Origin: Methanothermus fervidus DSM 2088
GTDB taxonomy: Archaea > Methanobacteriota > Methanobacteria > DSM-2088 > Methanothermaceae
Reading direction: 5' to 3'
DNA length: 32,000 nt
Assembly (NCBI GenBank): GCA_000166095.1
Contig: CP002278.1
Location: forward strand, 1,080,001-1,112,000
A model generated the notes under the pieces. The model did no database searches and was not told where the DNA came from. It worked only from the letters and a program-made list of their open reading frames with translations. Positions 28,560 through 32,000 of this stretch are shown piece by piece. Numbering within the stretch: the first letter of the stretch is position 1; every line of letters starts with the position of its first letter. The translations under genes were made by a program, and so were the position numbers.

Positions 28560-28976
28560 TTAAGTTGCTGATTTAGCGCCTTCAAATATAAGTTCCACAT
28601 AATCGTATGGTGTCTTCCCTATAAATTTGTAAAGTTCTAATTCTGGCATTTTTTTAAGTTCTTCAGTCTTTATACCTTCCTTTTTACTTAATCCTTCTAA
28701 ATAATATTTAAAGTCTGGGCCTAAGTTGTCTTGTAATCTATAACCTCGCCCAATAGCTGCTAATTCGCTTTTATCATATCCTTTAAGTAATTCATCTATT
28801 TTCTTCTTCAAAGATGGATTTAAATGCTTAAATGTACCACATTCAATTGCTGAGATAACATCCTTTGGAACTCCCAATTCTTCAGCTAGTTCTTCTTGTG
28901 TTTTTCCTTTAACTTTCCGATATCCAAGTATTATATCTTTAAGATCATCAACAATCATACTTCTACCTCCACACAA
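28560..28976 (-). CDS. HTH (Xre/MBF1-like) DNA-binding protein
   Basis: 'YRKVKGKTQEELAEELGVPKDVISAIECGTFKHLNPSLKKKI'. Confidence 0.7.
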   Translation of the reverse strand: MCGGRSMIVDDLKDIILGYRKVKGKTQEELAEELGVPKDVISAIECGTFKHLNPSLKKKIDELLKGYDKSELAAIGRGYRLQDNLGPDFKYYLEGLSKKEGIKTEELKKMPELELYKFIGKTPYDYVELIFEGAKSAT

Positions 28977-29128
28977 ATCTCTATTTTTTCATGAATAAAT
29001 AATTTTATGTAAGTATTACTAACTATCATTGGAAACATTAGAGTGCAAAGAAATTTGCTTTTATTGAAAAAAATATTATTCAAAAAAGAAAAATAGGGCT
29101 GTAGTGTGTAAGCAATGAAAAAGTTTGG

Positions 29129-29728
29129 ATGGTGGAGATATTTGTGATAATCAAAGAAGCTATTAATGAAATTATCAACAGTGTCAAAAAAATTCAATCT
29201 GAGATAGATTATTCAGCTGCTGAAAAAATGGTGGAATTAATATTAAACTCAGAAAATGTTTTTGTAATTGGAGCAGGACGATCTGGATTGGTTGCTAAGG
29301 CATTTGCAATGAGGCTTATGCATTTAGGAATAAGTGTTTATGTTGTGGGTGAAACAATTACTCCAGCAATAAGGAAAGGAGACAGTTTAATAGCTATATC
29401 AGGGTCTGGAGAAACAATCTATGTTGTAAATGCAGCTAAGATTGCTAAAAAGAGAGGATCAAAAATTATATCAATTACATCTTACCCAAATTCAACTTTA
29501 GGAAAACTATCAGATTTAACAATTGTTATTAAAGGCAGGACAAAAATAGATAAGGAAAAAGATTATCTAACTAGACAAATAAAAGGGCAACATATATCAA
29601 TGGCACCATTAGGGACAATATTTGAGATTTCGTGCCTGGTGTTCCTTGATGGCGTTGTTGCAGAATTAATGACCAGGATGAGTAAAACTGAAGAAGATTT
29701 AAGAAAAAAACACAATGTTTTAGAGTGA
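29129..29728 (+). CDS. hxlB: 6-phospho-3-hexuloisomerase (SIS domain)
   Basis: 199 aa: 'VFVIGAGRSGLVAKAFAMRLMHLG', 'LIAISGSGET', 'PLGTIFEI'. Confidence 0.87.
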   Translation: MVEIFVIIKEAINEIINSVKKIQSEIDYSAAEKMVELILNSENVFVIGAGRSGLVAKAFAMRLMHLGISVYVVGETITPAIRKGDSLIAISGSGETIYVVNAAKIAKKRGSKIISITSYPNSTLGKLSDLTIVIKGRTKIDKEKDYLTRQIKGQHISMAPLGTIFEISCLVFLDGVVAELMTRMSKTEEDLRKKHNVLE

Positions 29729-30418
29729 AATACGGTGAGGACAGGTATAAACATTAAACCTTCTATCTCTAACAAAACCAACAATGGTTATGTTGTAGTC
29801 TTTAGCTAAAGACAGTGCAGAATACATAGGAGCTGCATTTGAAATTACTATAGGTATTCCTAATCTCGTAAGTTTTAAAATTAAGGAATCAGATACCCGA
29901 CCACTATAAACAACAAAACTTTCAGAAAAATTTAAATTTTTTAATATACCATGGCCAAGTACTTTATCTATAGCTGCATGACGACTTATATCTTCCTCAA
30001 ATATTTTATTTCCATCCGATATTAACCCAGCTATGTGCGTGCCTCCAGTTATTTTCCATATTTTAGCATTTTTTTCCAAGGATTTAAAAGATTCAAAAAC
30101 ATCCTCTGTTGAAATTTTAAGCTTAGATTTCACTGGAGATAAAGGTAAGGAATCTTTATTAACCTTAACTATTATAGTTTTTCCATCAATCTTCAATTCA
30201 TGTATATTTTTTAGGGATTTAACAATCCCATTTCCAAAAAGGTAACCAATTGTGAATGCTTTCAAAGATTTTGGTGTTATACGATATTTTTTGGTTTTTT
30301 CATTTATTTTTAATAAAAATTCTACATCATATGGAACAACTTCCTTTATTCTCTTCTTGGAATTATCTTTAAACCTTAATGCAGATACTTCTCTATACAA
30401 CATATTTGTATTTTCCAA
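29720..30418 (-). CDS. fdhD: Formate dehydrogenase accessory sulfurtransferase FdhD
   Basis: 'AFTIGYLFGNGIV', 'TGGTHIAGLI', 'RHAAIDKVLG', 'YSGRVSDSLILKLTRLGIPIVISNAAP', 'GFVRDRRFNVYT'. Confidence 0.87.
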   Translation of the reverse strand: MENTNMLYREVSALRFKDNSKKRIKEVVPYDVEFLLKINEKTKKYRITPKSLKAFTIGYLFGNGIVKSLKNIHELKIDGKTIIVKVNKDSLPLSPVKSKLKISTEDVFESFKSLEKNAKIWKITGGTHIAGLISDGNKIFEEDISRHAAIDKVLGHGILKNLNFSESFVVYSGRVSDSLILKLTRLGIPIVISNAAPMYSALSLAKDYNITIVGFVRDRRFNVYTCPHRISL

Positions 30419-31319
30419 AGTATGGTGACCTCCTATGTATAGCTTCTATAAATAATTTTTTTAACATATAGTTAGATTTACACTTCAAAGCTGGTTTTAG
30501 ATCAACTAAATTGTCATTTCTTAAAAGACATGGCTTTATTTTTGCATCAGGTGTTATTCTCAACCTAGTGCAATTTGCACAAAAAACAGAATTATCCATT
30601 GGTCTAACAATTTCAATTTCACTACCGTCAATAAAGTATTTCTTACGTCCATGCATAAATTTCCTTTCCATGACTTTTTCTGCTTTTTTACGTATCTCCT
30701 CTTCAATGGAATCTAAGCTTTTATAATATTTCTCAAAATAATCCGAATTATCATCTATCTTAACCAATTCTATTATTTGTAAAATTGCTCCATGCTCTTT
30801 ACAAAATTCAAATAAATCCCAAACTTCATTTTCATTTATGTCTTTAAGAATTAGCATGTTGATCTTTACAGGGTGTAAACCTGCTTCAATTGCTTTTGAT
30901 ATCCCCTCTTTAACTTTGTCCAAAAAATCTTTTCCAGTTATAGATTTGTATATATGATTTTTCAATGAATCAAGACTTACATTTATTCTGTCAAGACCTG
31001 CTTTTTTTAACTTATATGCATAATTTTTAAGATATACTCCATTAGTTGTCATTGAAATATCTTTAAAATTAAGAGAGTTTAAGGCAGAAATAATTTCAAC
31101 TATATCTTTTCTTATTAAAGGTTCTCCACCAGTAATCTTTACTTTATTTATATCAAATTCCTTAGCCACCTTACATATCCTATAAATTTCTTCTTTGGAC
31201 ATTTCATAATTAGTGGGTAAAGTACCTTCCTTATGACAATATATACAGTTAAGGTTACACCTACGTGTTACAGATATTCTTAAAGACTTTATAGGTCTTC
31301 CAAACCTATCTTTAATCAT
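30393..31319 (-). CDS. moaA: GTP 3',8-cyclase MoaA
   Basis: 308 aa: 'DRFGRPIKSLRISVTRRCNLNCIYCHKEG', 'KITGGEPLIR', 'MTTNGVYL', 'FCANCTRLRITPDAKIKPCLL'. Confidence 0.95.
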   Translation of the reverse strand: MIKDRFGRPIKSLRISVTRRCNLNCIYCHKEGTLPTNYEMSKEEIYRICKVAKEFDINKVKITGGEPLIRKDIVEIISALNSLNFKDISMTTNGVYLKNYAYKLKKAGLDRINVSLDSLKNHIYKSITGKDFLDKVKEGISKAIEAGLHPVKINMLILKDINENEVWDLFEFCKEHGAILQIIELVKIDDNSDYFEKYYKSLDSIEEEIRKKAEKVMERKFMHGRKKYFIDGSEIEIVRPMDNSVFCANCTRLRITPDAKIKPCLLRNDNLVDLKPALKCKSNYMLKKLFIEAIHRRSPYFGKYKYVV

Positions 31320-31443
31320 TTTAATCTCCTAATGAGCTAGTAAAATGTGTTTAAATTCTCAGTAAAAAAGTTCATCATGGCTTTAGCTCAGCTAACCCTC
31401 TTTTCATCACTCATAACAGTGGACTACCCTACAGAATCTACTT

Positions 31444-31880
31444 GAGCTACTCCCTACGGAGCTTCCTGCTTCATAGAGAAAACTTGCCCAAACTATATCC
31501 CTACAGGAGATAGTTTTGAGTAGAGTATTCTTTTAAACAGGCTATCAGGGCTACCCCATACTCTCAACAGTATTCTATATATTCTACATGCTGATATATA
31601 ATCCCTTAGTTTATTCTTACATGTTAGAAAATAATTATAAACATGCCTACAAATCTCTAAACTTTCCAATAGCTTATTTTTTGTTTTTTACTTGGATAAA
31701 GTCTGGATTTATATAAGTATATTCATGAAAAAAGTAATGGATAATATATAGTTTTCCTTTAGGAATTATTGCGTTGGAGAAAGAAAGAGTAGAAAAGAGA
31801 GTTTGTATATTTTTTAGAACAAGTGTTAGTTTTGTACTTCATCTATATAAATACTTTTCCTATTTTTTCATCCCTGATAG
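31444..31880. mobile_element. Non-autonomous TnpB-element derivative (copy 5)
   Basis: 'gagctactccctacggagcttcctgcttcatagagaaaacttgccc' fused at 'ttattcttacatgttagaaaataattataaac' to the tnpB-upstream block, ending 'catccctgatag'. Confidence 0.85.
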
Positions 31881-32000
31881 AAATAAGGCTTTTTTATGAG
31901 GTTTTTGTCTGAAAAAAAATTAAGCGATATATAAAAAAGAATCACCAAATATCAATAAATCCACGTTCATGCCCTTGGCCTGTGAGATGCAATGCATATC

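Noticed and set aside
28304-28600. Minus-strand ORF 98 aa opposite fibrillarin
   Set aside because: Antisense shadow of a well-supported gene.
28560-31319. Operonic novelty among HTH, hexuloisomerase, fdhD and moaA
   Set aside because: Ordinary methanogen housekeeping genes with expected motifs; no unexplained structure seen.
31345-31380. Possible C/D box sRNA (minus-strand 'atgatga' .. 'ctga')
   Set aside because: Box spacing is too short (about 7 nt) and there is no closing stem; not supportable.

Overview
AT-rich archaeal window, most like a thermophilic methanogen of the Methanobacteriales by gene content (Nop5/fibrillarin, MptD-like, FdhD/MoaA, UPF0284 CobT-like). This taxonomy is an inference. 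Main content: (1) A minus-strand type I-B (Cst/Tneap-like) cas operon, cas6-cas8b-cas7-cas5-cas3-cas4-cas1-cas2, about 2.7-11.0 kb. cas8b, cas7, cas5, cas3, cas4 and cas1 are each split by what reads as one 1-nt frameshift in or beside a homopolymer; cas6 and cas2 are intact. (2) Two inverted, single-spacer CRISPR mini-arrays with near-identical leaders (765-858 and 2498-2593). Their distal repeats overlap the 3' ends of the neighbouring genes and supply the stop codons. A degenerate solo repeat lies just upstream of cas2 and a leader/repeat relic lies at about 11.98-12.13 kb. (3) A TnpB-only (IS200/IS605-type) element at 14465-15804 whose TnpB lacks the usual zinc ribbon, plus four same-orientation non-autonomous relatives. 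(4) An accessory island (about 16-25.3 kb) with paralogous membrane proteins, a DUF4013-like protein and a very large secreted CARDB-like protein that also appears frameshifted; 16.9-24.4 kb is bounded by direct repeats formed from membrane-gene ends. (5) Housekeeping genes: Sua5, CobT-like/UPF0284, radical SAM, MptD-like, PyrD, Nop5, fibrillarin, an HTH protein, hexulose-phosphate isomerase, FdhD and MoaA. I did not find a convincingly new defence system. The strongest observations are the repeated homopolymer frameshifts in the cas operon and the way CRISPR repeats have become gene termini and 5' regions.
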